This document shows positions 1-14,254 of a stretch of 64,000 nucleotides of DNA, one piece after another. The DNA is taken from contig OX597822.1 of the NCBI GenBank assembly GCA_951406725.2, positions 1,302,001-1,366,000 on the forward strand, written 5' to 3'. The notes under the pieces were generated by a model. The model was not told the DNA's origin. It saw nothing but the letters and a program-made list of their open reading frames with translations, and ran no database searches. Each line of letters starts with the position of its first letter. The first letter of the stretch is position 1. The DNA comes from Octopus vulgaris. Taxonomy: Eukaryota. Position numbers and translations under genes: made by a program.

Positions 1-686
1 CAGAGAGGAAAGTGTTAGTCTCTAATCCTTTCAGGCGCGTCCACCAGATACATTCTTTCGCCATAGCCACAAGAATGATGAAAATAGCTCTTCCTTCCCG
101 CTTGAAGGAAGGAGGCCTGCCAATATTGATGACAGACTCGGCTGATAAACCGACTCGTCCCACATGTGACAGCAGTCGTTCGACATAGGCTCACAGGTCC
201 GAGATTGCTGGACACTGTACGAGTTCGTGCAGAACGGTTTCGTCGCTCTGACCGCATCTCGGGCAGGTCGGCCCCGTGTTTCTCGAGCCATGCCTATAGA
301 GCTTATCCCGAACGGGTAGCGCTTCTCGGTAGCACTGCCAGGCCAGGGATCTCTGGAAGTTGTCCATAGGTCCCGGCCCGAAAGTCGTTTCTGAACAAGG
401 CGGGTCAGGTATTCCTCGTCGACGTCCAGGTTCGCCCTGAGTTCGTCGTCCCACCTCCCATCCACTAATTCCCTATAGAATGCTTTGGTTGTGTTGAGGA
501 CGCTCAAGTTCGACCCGGGGCGGCAGAGTTGCTTGAGAGCAACGCGACACTCGCGGTACCATTCGCCTTCTTCGGCCTCTTTTTGATCCACGACTGCATT
601 TCGGTAATGGGGACGAGTTGTGGGAAAGCGTGCCTCACAAACGGCGACCACACCTGTTCACCGTCGTCTACGTAGAGCCTATTGGT
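1..686 (-). mobile_element. 5'-truncated, frameshifted L1/Tx1-clade non-LTR retrotransposon fragment (C-terminal ORF2, zf-RVT/CCHC region); continues beyond the window start
   Basis: Minus ORF 191..454 contains QRSLAWQCYREALPVRDKLYRHG..CPRCGQSDETVLHELVQCP (W..L....L + CxxC..ET..H...C, typical zf-RVT of L1/Tx1). Overlapping ORFs 31..651 and 504..782 give continuous LINE-like sequence across frameshifts. GC-rich island ends abruptly at an (AGAT)n tract. Confidence 0.8.
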
Positions 687-690
687 AGAC

Positions 691-743
<53 letters not shown>

Positions 744-786
744 CATACATACATACATACATACATACATACATACATACATACAT
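687..786. repeat. compound microsatellite (AGAT)n-(ACAT)n
   Basis: Directly visible. Confidence 0.95.
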
Positions 787-1312
787 GGTGGCTGCCCCCT
801 CGTTATCGAGTATGGCCATTGTGCGAAGCTTAATCAATGTTGTTATCGTGCAATGCCTGTGCAAGAAGGTGTTTTTTAAAGTGCGGAAAGGCTGTGCACT
901 GAGTCAATCCCACTCACTAAGCAACAGCAGCCATAATACGAAAAGAAGAACAAGTCAGCATCATCGGTAACCACTAAGCCGCAGGTTTTATGTCGGAGTT
1001 ATCCCAGTTACCTGAGTTACCTTCTCCTAGAAGGATGCCCTAACAAAGGCTAGGAGTCCTTCACTCCCAATGGTTTAACCGCGCGATCGGGTATTCTGTC
1101 CGATTATTTCTATGTCCCCGCGCATGATACAGCCTTAAGACATTTATTGGATGGCCGTTGATTCTCAAGAGTTCCTCCGCCCTTGGTGTTCAATAAACAC
1201 CCTCCTCACCAAGCGAGCTTGGTGGGGTTGCCAGTTTAGTCGCCGACGACCCGACTATCCAACAGGTTGTACTGGGTTACATGTTACCAGTAGCACTCGA
1301 AAGTGACCTGAC
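787..1312 (-). mobile_element. RTE-derived non-autonomous retroposon, copy 1
   Basis: Reverse complement closely matches 51502-52046. Contains an RTE 5'UTR-like motif (GGGCATCCTTCTAGGAGAAGGTAACTC on the element strand) and a 3' stem-loop followed by (ATGT)n. No ORF. Confidence 0.7.
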
Positions 1313-1348
1313 ATACATACATACATATATACATACATACATACATAT

Positions 1349-1379
<31 letters not shown>

Positions 1380-1396
1380 CATACATACATACATAT

Positions 1397-1427
<31 letters not shown>

Positions 1428-1464
1428 CATACATACATACATACATATATACATACATACATAT

Positions 1465-1495
<31 letters not shown>

Positions 1496-1570
1496 CATAC
1501 ATACATACATATATACATACATATATATATACATACATACATACATACATACATACATACATACATACAT
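1313..1570. repeat. (ACAT)n/(AT)n microsatellite
   Basis: Directly visible; source of the spurious YVCM/YIHT ORFs. Confidence 0.95.
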
Positions 1571-1853
1571 AGACAGAGGGAGAGAGAGAAGGAGTATCCC
1601 ACTTCCATTTCACTGCTTATTTATTTATTTATCTAAATATAACTCGAAGAGAAAAAGAAAGAAAGAGGAAAAAGAGGGAAATAGGGGAAAAAAGAGAAAA
1701 AAGGAGAAATAAAAAAAGAGGGGCGAGAGAAAGAAAGCAATAAACCTTTCAGTGATGACCACACCACACCATCCTTAAACCCATTCCAATATAATGATAA
1801 ATGACTAAATAATTCTCTCTCTTTTTCCCTCTTTCTACCTATCTATCTGTCTA

Positions 1854-1936
<83 letters not shown>

Positions 1937-2098
1937 ATCTACATGGAACCTCACCCCCAAAAAACAAAACAACGTTCTCTTCTTAACAACCCCCCAAACA
2001 TTTTTTTATATAAATGAACAAGCTGTTTGTACACTCACAAAATTCTATTCAAGTTAGAGAAACGAACGAAAGCGCTAAAAATAATTGTTTTGACATTT

Positions 2099-2158
<60 letters not shown>

Positions 2159-2160
2159 TA

Positions 2161-2398
2161 CTAATATAGGATGAAGCTTTATTACAGAAAAAAATTTCAT
2201 CAGAAAATGTGGTAGCATATTACAATACCCTTAAGGTTAAAATTATAAACAACTTTATAATATGCCAATATGCTGATATAACAGACTTTAAATCGTCAAT
2301 TTCCACATATTATTTACTCGCTACAGAAAACACGTAGAGCTGAAATCGGGGATAGAAATTGGCATAGAAATAATTTTCTTTAGCCCTTGTTTATATAT
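2161..2398. mobile_element. rearranged fragment of a dispersed repeat next to (TA)n, probably a PLE terminal repeat; related to 19815-19941
   Basis: Shares TATGCCAATATGCTGAT..ACAGACTTTAAATCGTCAAT..TATTATTTACTCGCT with 19848-19900. 2161-2203 and 2358-2395 match other parts of that copy in inverted orientation. Confidence 0.55.
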
Positions 2399-2491
2399 AA
2401 CGATAGACATAACGGTCTGAGGAAACAGCTTGGTCGGATAGAGTATTTTTCGTTGTGTTAGTAAGAGAACTACCTTCTGTGTTCTCTCTGT

Positions 2492-2870
2492 TTAATTGGC
2501 TAATGTTGTGTGACTCTAAATAGTCAATATGTTGATTGATTACATTCGATTTAGTTAATACGGTAACTGATTAATGATTTATATGCCACCAAATAATCAA
2601 ACCGGTACTGATTTTTGTGATACCAAATAGTCGATATGTTGACTAAATGGACTAATCTGTTTTTGATACCAAACTACCTGATTAATGCTTTATGGGATAC
2701 CAACCAGTCCACATGGTACCTGAGTAATGTTTAATGCGACACCAATCAATTAATATAGCAAGTGGTTAATGTGTTATGTGATGCCAAATGGTGAAAATAG
2801 TAATTGACTAATGCATTATGTGACATTAACCAGGCCAAATGATTATTGACTTATGTTTTACGTGACATGA
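2492..2870. repeat. degenerate ~42-bp minisatellite, about 9 units
   Basis: Recurring unit close to TAACTGATTAATGTTTTATGTGACACCAAATAGTCAATATGG, with TGAYTAATG....ATGTGAYACCAAA recurring at about 42-bp spacing. Confidence 0.7.
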
Positions 2871-3274
2871 AAGGCTCTACTTTATTAATTTAAAAACGTT
2901 CCAGTGTCTGAAGAAATGTCCCTAATGAATCATGGTGTATATTACGTGGTGCCTTCATTTAACCACTGGCAAAATATGATTTTAGAAACGTTTGGTTGCT
3001 ATTTACACCATATCAAATGCTAGGCTAGATGCTCTTCCTTTAATGAAATATACTGCCTCAATATCAATTCATGGGATACACAACAGCTAAGAATTCTTGT
3101 CTTTGACGCACATTGTCGTCGTATTCGTTAGCTCATAGCCAATAGGCGTCTTCGTTAGCTCGCCTTTGGCGATGCGATCACTGACTAACCATTAAGCATC
3201 TCCTACGCTGGTATGCCAGAGATATACAGTATCGTAAGCATGTCCCCAAGTGGCACTTTGGTTGGCTCACTATA

Positions 3275-3565
3275 AAAACCGGCACTCCATCGGTTACGAC
3301 GACGAGTATTCCAGATGATCCGATCAACGGAACAGCTTGCTCGTGAATTTAACGTGCAAGTTGCACAACCCCGCCTGTCCTTAGCGTAGTCCTCGGGGAG
3401 ACTGAGCGTGACATAACTATGACAAGGCTGACCATTCGAAATACAGGTACTACTCGTTTTTACCAGCTGAATGCGCTGGAGCAACGTGAAATAAAGTGCC
3501 TAGCTCAAGTCACAACAAGCTACCTGGTTTTGAACTCACGACATCACGATCTTGAGCTAACCACT
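3275..3565 (-). mobile_element. tRNA-derived SINE (CORE-like middle), family B
   Basis: CTGGAGCAACGTGAAATAAAGTG..GCTCAAG..CACAAC and GATCCGATCAACGGAACAGCTTGCTCGTGAA; inverted homolog at 51240-51470. Confidence 0.7.
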
Positions 3566-4441
3566 TAATCAATCACCTTCACTATGGACGCCTTAGAGAA
3601 TGCACATATCAGTTTTATTGTAGATATGTTCTATAGCAGGAGATCTTCAACTAGCTTGATGCGGACCAGTAACTGGCTGCCCATGAAATTAATTATTAAA
3701 TATTCTTCTTTATTGATTCTATTTTACTGATTGTCGCCCTCTGCCGGGTTGCTTTTGCCCTGTATACGTATATATGTAAGAGTTAAGTTATATGTTACAT
3801 GCCTTATTGTAGCTTGTTATGCGTGTGATCGCTTGGTCGTGGAAATATTGTCTCTCATAAAACCGGGCCATCGGGCAAAAAAAAAAAAAGAAAAAATTTG
3901 GGTTCGTTTCCTATAGGGTTCCGCCTACCTTAACCAAAACCAATAATAATAATTGTTGAAAATTTGAGCCATTAATCTTAGTATTTTAATTACATTCATA
4001 TCTATATAAAATATATTTTCTTGTTCTCATCTCCTCTAATGAGTTTATAAACTTCGTATCTCTCTTTTCGTTTCTTAAGTTAAATTCTCTTGTAAGTACG
4101 TGGAATAGAAACTCATTGTTTATTTGAATAAGCTGTTTCTACCTTGAATGCCTGTAACGCGTATTATGTCAATAATACTTTATTTTAAATTGTATCAATT
4201 GGATTCACAAAGCACATATATTTATGTGTATAGTGTCAGCAATGTGTACACACGAGCTGTTGGCGATTTCTTTTACCTCTTTGGACTTTACCTTTTATCC
4301 TTTCCGACAAAGAGTTATGGTCGAAACGTTAAACTCTCTCATTTTACTGAGCGCCAAGCTAATACATTCCTTGTACACTTCCTCCTCTTCGTTCATTTTG
4401 TTTTATTATTCACTTATTTGAATTGGTCTTTTATTTGAATT

Positions 4442-4520
<79 letters not shown>

Positions 4521-4550
4521 CATATATACATACATATATATATATATACC

Positions 4551-4584
<34 letters not shown>

Positions 4585-4594
4585 CATATAAACC

Positions 4595-4627
<33 letters not shown>

Positions 4628-5042
4628 TTAAAATATCCTCTATATTTGATATATTGAGGTCTAATTCTTGTATATACTTCAATACACCAATATATATATA
4701 TATATACACATATATATAAAGGTGTTTGGTGTAGTGCATGCGTATGTGTGTGTATGTGTTTGTGTATATATATATATATATATATATGCGTTTAGCTGCA
4801 TACCACATATCTATAATCTACTGTAATAATACACTTGTGTATTTCTACGTCACAACATGTAAACGAGAAAAAACGGGGTGATAGGTGAATAAGGAGAGAA
4901 GCGGTGATGGCAAACAAGGTAGTGGGATGATGGAAGTTCTATGGCGAAAAGAATCAAACAGTGTGTTTCAGCTCTGTGTGAGTATATGTGTGTGTGTGTG
5001 TATATATATAAGCGGTTATGTGAATGCGTGTGTGTGTGCGTG

Positions 5043-5085
<43 letters not shown>

Positions 5086-6024
5086 AATGGAAGTGGGATG
5101 GTGAACATTCAACGACGAAAAGAAAAATCAAACAGCATTTCAACTACGTGTGAGTATATGTGTTTATGTGTGTGCGTGTACAAGGGAAGCATGTGAATGT
5201 TTGTATCTGTGATTACTACGTACCTTATTTTGTTCTTTATTTATATATAAAATACTAGAATTAACCATCATTTTTGACGGCACGGGGCCAGCTAGTTTCT
5301 AATATATGTTTTAATTGCTTACACCACTATTAAGTTTATAGCTATAAATTTATACATTGAAATGAATTCAGTTTAAATTTATGCCAGTAGCATGTTTTTC
5401 TTTCCCCCGTATTATTATTCAATAACGCACACACACACACATACAGATACACTTAATATATTTTTATCTTTTGGAATGCATATGTTTGTGCCCAAAGCAT
5501 TGGATCTATAGTTGTTTATATTAATACTTTTATTTGCACAAAGATCATTTTATTCTACACGTATTGCCTGAGTTAACTTGAGTGTGAATTTTAGGTAATG
5601 CATTTTTTTGTGTACAGTTAGCCGTCACTTTCGAGCTAATACAGCCCCGCAACATATATACTGCTTTCGCTACCTGCTTTAAACACTAATGTAATCGTGA
5701 ATAGACATGGGCACCCTCTTGACTATCTCACCTTTGGCTCTGGGAAAAAATTGAAGAGGGAAGACGAAAAAGCTACACTTTCATCTTTCTGGTATTTACA
5801 TATAAGTAGACTGGAACAATAGGAAATGAGGCACCTTGCTTAAGAACACAATCGACCGCCAGGTCCAAGAATTGATCACTATATGTGTTGTGGTATATTA
5901 TTAGATGACAAGTCTGTTGAATATGAATTGTGGAAACTGTCAGTGGTATAGTGTTCGCTGACGATCATGTAATAGTACGTGTTGTGTTATATTACTGTGT
6001 AATGATCATGTGCTGTATGTATTT

Positions 6025-7609
<1,585 letters not shown>

Positions 7610-8363
7610 TGGACAAAATATCGTTTAGCATTTGCGTCTCTTCTGCATTTTGATTTTAACGCCAACCAAAGATAACGCAAAGGTTATTTCTCCTAAAGTC
7701 TATCAAATAAATATCAGTTACATATTGGGATGGACAATACTTGTTGCTAAAATGCTTAGACTCGTTCTCTTTTTCCGAATCCCTTTATGACGGTTTTTAG
7801 AAGGAAAAAAGGGCCGATTAAATGCCTGATTTTGTTTCCTTATGCAGTTGCTAAAATCACCAAATGTTCATCTCCTATTTTGATGTTAGTACCAGCAATA
7901 CTTAATCTCCAGTTAGAATAGAGAAACAGTCGCTAGAATATAGTCTACTTTCCAAATACTTATTTTAGCGACCCAGGAGTGATGAAATGAGTAGTAGACA
8001 AGAATGGGACTTGAACTGACAACTCATGGAGAGGATAATACAGCAAGGTATCTCGTCTGTTGCATGACGGTTCCGCTGCTTATCGCCCTTCTATGATTGA
8101 GTTTCAATCTTTGAATTGCACCATGGTCCTTAGTTTCCCTTCGAAATAATGAATCTTTTGATGAAGAACGTTCAAAAATTAGTTGTATATAAAATTGGAA
8201 TTATTGATATATTAGATTTTCAGTCACATGTAATTTAATTTTTTTCTGCTAAATAATTTTTTCTGAAAGAACTTTTTTCCCCTAATTTCAAAATATCAAT
8301 AGGACTTATTTATATAGCTGATTCTTGATCAAATTAAGCTAAAATTTAAAAGGTAGACAAAAC

Positions 8364-10521
8364 AATGCCTTTGTTTGGAATTCGGTCAGAACTTTAGGAA
8401 TTCGGTTACAGCTTTGGTCTGACAATAGGTATCTAAATGCATAGAGAGGGGCAAATCATTGTTTTATATGACATTTAATATCCAGAACAAAAAGAATTAT
8501 TTATGAGTCAGATACTGCATTTAACACACATATAGAAATGATAGTCTCACTTTTCACTTGTTCATTGTTAAATTTCAATGAATTTACAGACATTTTGAAG
8601 GGAACAAAAAATTTGGGAACATTTTGGATTTTAAAACAATAAGATGTGTAACGAATTCAATAAGGAAACAATTGTTACTTGAGTTAAGGGCAGATGATCT
8701 AGTACGAAGAACATCATATGTTAGGGGCCTACGTTTTCAGGAACCTCAGACTAAATACAGAAGCATTTAGTTATAATACCAAACCTCCCAAAAGTTCAAA
8801 CTCTATTCTCTGCAACGCCTCCGAGACAGCTACATTATGGGTACAAAGTGGTAATTATTCCATCGATATTTATAAATCACTCGAGGCCAAATGCTGTGCC
8901 ATGCGCCTTCAAAGAAATCGAACTCATGACAAAGTTGCGACACTTCAACTTGTCTGCTTCTACTCAAAAATCAAAATTCAAAGGAGAGAAGACTCCTTAA
9001 CTAGCTAACGGTAACAAACTGCTCTAAGAAATACCAGACAAACCACTGTGTTACCTTTACATTTCGGCCAACAACAACTCCCTTCTCGTACAGGCTATGG
9101 TGTTTTAAAATATTATATAAAAGACTTCACCAAGTAGTGCTGTTAGATGAGACATGGCCTGGGAAATAATGACCAAAACTTAGATAAGTTATCACCAATT
9201 TAATTGTAATCCTTTCGGGTTTCATGGACGACTGAATATTTAAGGTTAATCCAAATCTCAGAATATTTCTGAAATTCATTACACTTTAAATCACAATTAT
9301 CAAAATTAATGGCATCGGTAAATGGACAGATTTACTTTATTTTTGTCGGATGTCAATTATTATAGACTTGCCATTCTGCTTCTCTATTTCGGTGCATGAA
9401 ATTCGTTATATAACAGAACTTAATCATTATTTCTTCTCATAAATAAAATCGGTTGAACGCAATAGTTTATTATTAATATATTACAGACATCATCGTATTA
9501 AGCATCGATATTAAATAAAAGCTCGATTTTTAAACAGTAAGTAGGCAAGGAACGTTATTTTAGACAGTTTCTACTTTAACACTACGTCGTAAAGTCAAAT
9601 TGTTCCAGAAGTAAGTTTATATTAAAAGTATCTTTATACTATATAAATGTTTGTCTCCCGAGAAAGTTACACATTATGTAAACGTTGTGGAAAATTGTGA
9701 CCAGGTAATTAACTTGGGCTCGCGATCCTTAAGTTGCACATTTAGTTCCTGGACTATGTGGTGAATTTTGTCCTTGATCAATGCACTTCATTCTCGTCAT
9801 TCCAGACTATCCACCTGGAAAGAAGTGTTTGTCGACAACTCGTGTTATTCTCTTTCCCTGTCATATTGTCAATGAACCAGTGGCTGAAAAGGAAGAGTAG
9901 ATGGGACGAGATAGTGTCTATGTTTGTTCGCGGCTACATATACACCCAAAGCAATTAGCGAAAGCATACTACATGCAGTCAGGTTATACTCCCTCGCAAG
10001 TGAGGGTTATAATTTTCATTATCGCAAGTTAAGTTTTAATTTGTGCGTCTTAGTTACTTAAGTAACAATGCTACAGATTAAAGAATTCATACAATGATTG
10101 TAACATCCAGACATTGTGCATTTAAGTTTACTTTAAAACGAGATCAGCATCGATGGAAGAAGGCGAGAGTTCAAACCCACACTTAGTTTACTGGTAGATG
10201 AAAACTTAGATGCAATAAATTATGCGATGAATTTTATGAGGTTCATCCGTCACTGTCTGAAATATTAATTTAGCTTTTAGAGAATTCGTTATGCATCAAA
10301 TTGTTTTAAAATAAAACCCACTTCTGACTTTTTGTTTCATTGAAAAGGTTTGTCTACTCACTGAAAATTTGACAATAAAAAACTAAAATATGACTCACTA
10401 ATGGCTCTCCATTTCTGCTACAGATTTCAAATGGTAAAACGGATTCTCAATAAAGAGAACAAAGGGAAAACCCTCACGGAATTCCTAAAGTTCTGACCGA
10501 ATTCGCCAAAAAGAGGCATTC
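8364..10521. repeat. old long inverted repeat pair (~8364-8658 vs ~10282-10521); possible foldback/TIR transposon relic
   Basis: 8378-8403 GAATTCGGTCAGAACTTTAGGAATTC is the exact reverse complement of 10479-10504. 8628-8658 is a near reverse complement of 10282-10312, in colinear inverted order. Confidence 0.65.
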
Positions 10522-11066
10522 TTTTAATTACATTTAAAAACACCTACACGAATGATTTTTTCTAAAAGTTTCAATCATGTCCGTTAACATATCAAATACT
10601 ATACAGCAGAACATTTTTTCTCAATCACTTCCCACCCTATCTCATGGTAGTTGATCTTTTTATCAATGGTCCCTCAAACATGCAGCTCTATAAAAACGAT
10701 AATATAGTTATAACCTTTTTTCACTTGAACAAAATTTTGCAGATATTAATTAGGACGCACTTTATGCAATGCCCGTCAATCTGATTTGCACTAATCTGCC
10801 TTAGATTATACGTCGTACGATTGCACTATAGTCGCGTTCGGTCTTGACTTAAGTACATATGTACTGCGTATAATCTATCAAAAGTAACTGAAAGCATGTA
10901 TTCAAATACAGACAAAGTTATTGTATACAAACACACTTCCAACAATATTTTTATTGTTACCGTATCTTGAACAATAGAAATAAATACGATGACAGGCTGA
11001 ATGACGTTTTTTGCCGTTTATTCATAGAGGGAAGTGCATTGTGTATGACGCTTTGTAGGTCTCCCG

Positions 11067-11325
<259 letters not shown>

Positions 11326-11579
11326 AAAGAAATTTTTCTTAAGAAAATACGTATTTAAACGAATTTTAATATTACGATTGGCAAAAGCAAAACCGGTTGA
11401 CCAACACAATATAAGATATTTTAAAATTATATCAAAACTATGTAAAGTGTGTGCATTTTCCTTCTTTATTTTCTCATATATATATATATATATTTTCTTT
11501 TGGACCCTTTTTTTGCTTCTTTTGCTCCTGGCAAGGGACGAACTTCTGTAATTTGAAGTATCCCATTTCTGGTTTGAAG

Positions 11580-12603
11580 CAGTGAAGTAATATTCGTTAT
11601 ACCTTGCTCTTCTTGCGTTGGTTATACGTTGCCAAAAGCTTAGCCATATCTGCTCAGAGGCTTACGCAAAGTTGCAGAAAGTGTATAGCGAGTGTATGAG
11701 CCGCACACAAGTGTATGAGTGGTTCAGATGTTTCCAAGATGACCGAACAAATGTCAATAGTGACGAACGCTCTGGGAGACCCGCAACCAGCAGAACTGAG
11801 AAAAACATCGCCGATGTGTGTGAAGCTGTGAGGGGAAATCGTTGATTCACCATCCGTGTGCAGGTTAGTTCAGTGCATCATCACTGAAGGTTTGGGTATA
11901 AGACGCGTGTCTGCCAAGGTTGTGCCCCAAATGCTTTCGGCTGACCAAATAGATGCGGGTTTCACTTGCACAAGATATCCCTGATTCTGCCGAGAACGAT
12001 GAAAACTTTTTGATAAATCGTGGGTCTATGGCTATGGCCCCGAAACAAAAGCTCATTCTTCGCAGTAGAAGAACCCCAGCCTCTCCGAGACCGAAAGCAC
12101 AAATCAGTCGAAGCAATGTGAAGACACTGTTGACCGTTTTCTTCGACTACAAGGGGATGGTTCATCATAAGTATGCTCCAGCTGGTCAGACAGTCAACAA
12201 AGAGTACTACCGTGATGTTTTGAGGAGTTTGCGGGATGTTATTCGTCGGCAAAGGCCACGATTGCATGCATCCAGTGAATGAGAATTGCACAATGGCAAC
12301 GCGCCTGCTCATTCAGCTCAGCTTGTGCAGCATTTTTGGCTCGGCAAAGCCTTTCCCGCTCCGACAACCACCATATTCCCCAAATCTCGCTGCTCGCGAT
12401 TTTCCATCTTTCCAATGCGACAAGGCAGCTGCTGATTAATCCAGAAAACCAGTTCCAGGATTGCTTCCATCAACGCAAACAGCGCTGAATTAAGTTCAAG
12501 GCTTCCGATGGGGACTGCTTTGAAAGAGGTCAAATGCCAAATTGGTACGTGTTGTAGTTTTGTTGTTATAGCACCAGTCCGGATACTTATTGATCAGGCC
12601 TCG
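11580..12603 (+). mobile_element. decayed mariner (Tc1/mariner) transposon with intact right TIR
   Basis: Frameshifted peptides MSRTQVYEWFRCFQDDR..DERSGRP (HTH), SAKVVPQML (WVPREL-like), LLTVFFDYKGMVH..GQTVNKEYYRDVL, HNGNAPAH, QPPYSPNLAARDF (YSPDLAP-like). Ends CAGTCCGGATACTTATTGATCAGGCCTCG followed by TA (12575-12605). Left TIR not seen. Confidence 0.9.
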
Positions 12604-12938
12604 TATACAGAAATGCCAATAAGCGATACAGATAGAAATTGACTAATGCCAAGTTTTTAGTATATTTTAATGAAAACTTAACGATCCATTTATTGGTCTG
12701 TTCATTTATTAATTTACATCTTTGTTTATACGTTTGCCTTGGTTGATTAATTAAGGCCGATTATTTTAACACGGTTCGCTGGTGATATATCTGACAAATA
12801 TATCTTTTATTTTATTTTATTTTTTTCAATTTCAGCTATGGTTTTTAATTACTAGACTGGGTTGGTCAATATATATCGGCGAAGTCATGTGTTGTTCTTA
12901 CTACTACTACTACTACTACTGATAGTAGGAGTAGTTGC

Positions 12939-12995
<57 letters not shown>

Positions 12996-13146
12996 TGTAG
13001 TAGCAGTAGTTTTCACAAATTCATCAAGAGCAATGCTGTTTTATTAAATATATGATCCTCCCAGTATCTAAATATATTTGACTGTATATGAAGTCCGTGC
13101 ATATGCGTGTGGGAGTGTGTGTGTGTGTGTATATACATGTGTGTGT

Positions 13147-13184
<38 letters not shown>

Positions 13185-13626
13185 CTTTTACTTGTTTCAG
13201 TCATTTTACTACAGCCAAGCTGGAGCACCGTTTTAAGGACATTTTTAGTCGGACAAATCGGCCCCAGGACTTATTCTTTGTTAGCCTAGTTCTTATTCTA
13301 TCGGTCTCTTTTACGGAACCGCTGGTTTACGGGGACGTGAACATCAGTTGTCCAATGGCGTTGGGTGGAGAAATTCAGACACAAAGACACAGACACACAC
13401 ATAATATATATATATATAAAGGGAGAGTTTACTAAAATATACAAAAGACGAAGGCAGGTGGTGTACAAACAAACATATGTATTAGTATAAAGGCTTCTTT
13501 CAGTTTCCGACTACTAGATCCACTCACAAGTTTCTTGTAGAAGACGCTTGCCGAAGGTACCACGTAGATAGACGGATCCTGGACCATATAGCTGGAAAGC
13601 AAGTTTGATACCACACAGCCACGCCT
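13185..13626 (-). mobile_element. tRNA-derived SINE family A (internal microsatellite), interrupted by a PLE terminal fragment at ~13420-13490
   Basis: Tail TTACTTGTTTCAGTCATTT..GCTGGAGCACCG, body CCCCAGGACTTATTC..CTATCGGTCTCTTTT, head ..CCACACAGCCACGCCT. Many copies in the window. Confidence 0.8.
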
Positions 13627-14076
13627 ATATGTGTGTGTGTGTATACATGTACATGTGTGTGTGCGTGTGAGTGTAAAATTCTTTTATGTTTTTTTTTTTA
13701 ATAATCGTTGTCGACGTACATCACATACATCTATAAAGAATAGCAGAATACTGAGCAGAAGAATAGTTTTGGGTGGAAAATGTTCGAAGTCTGCTTTCGA
13801 CTTACTCTGCCTAAGCTCTGTGTGATGGACTTCGTGTATCATTAATCCAAGCAAGAATGATTTTACACACACACACACACACATACATATATATACATGT
13901 GTGTGTCTGTGTGTGTGTGTACGTATGTATATTGCTATACCGATATAGAATATTAAGGAGGTAGTCAAAATTTTGGATAATTGTTTACTCGCGCTTTCGT
14001 CTGTTCAATCGAACTCTTCAGATATTCATATATGTATGTATATATGCGCATATGTTTGAGGGCCCTTTCATTTGTA

Positions 14077-14254
14077 CACACACACAAGAACGCAGCACAC
14101 ACACAAGAACGCAGCACACACACAAGAACGCAGCACACACACAAGAACGCAGCACACACACAAGAACGCAGCACACACACAAGAACGCAGCACACACACA
14201 AGAACGCAGCACACACACAAGAACGCAGCACACACACAAGAACGCAGCACACAC
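14077..14254. repeat. 19-bp minisatellite (CACACACAAGAACGCAGCA) x9
   Basis: AGAACGCAG recurs every 19 bp, nine times, identical. Confidence 0.95.

Noticed and set aside
5255-5296. Helitron 3' end (..GCCAGCTAGT)
   Set aside because: Hairpin is incomplete and no matching 5' end is identifiable.
14077-14254. CRISPR-like regular repeat
   Set aside because: Units are directly adjacent with no unique spacers, there are no cas genes, and the context is eukaryotic.
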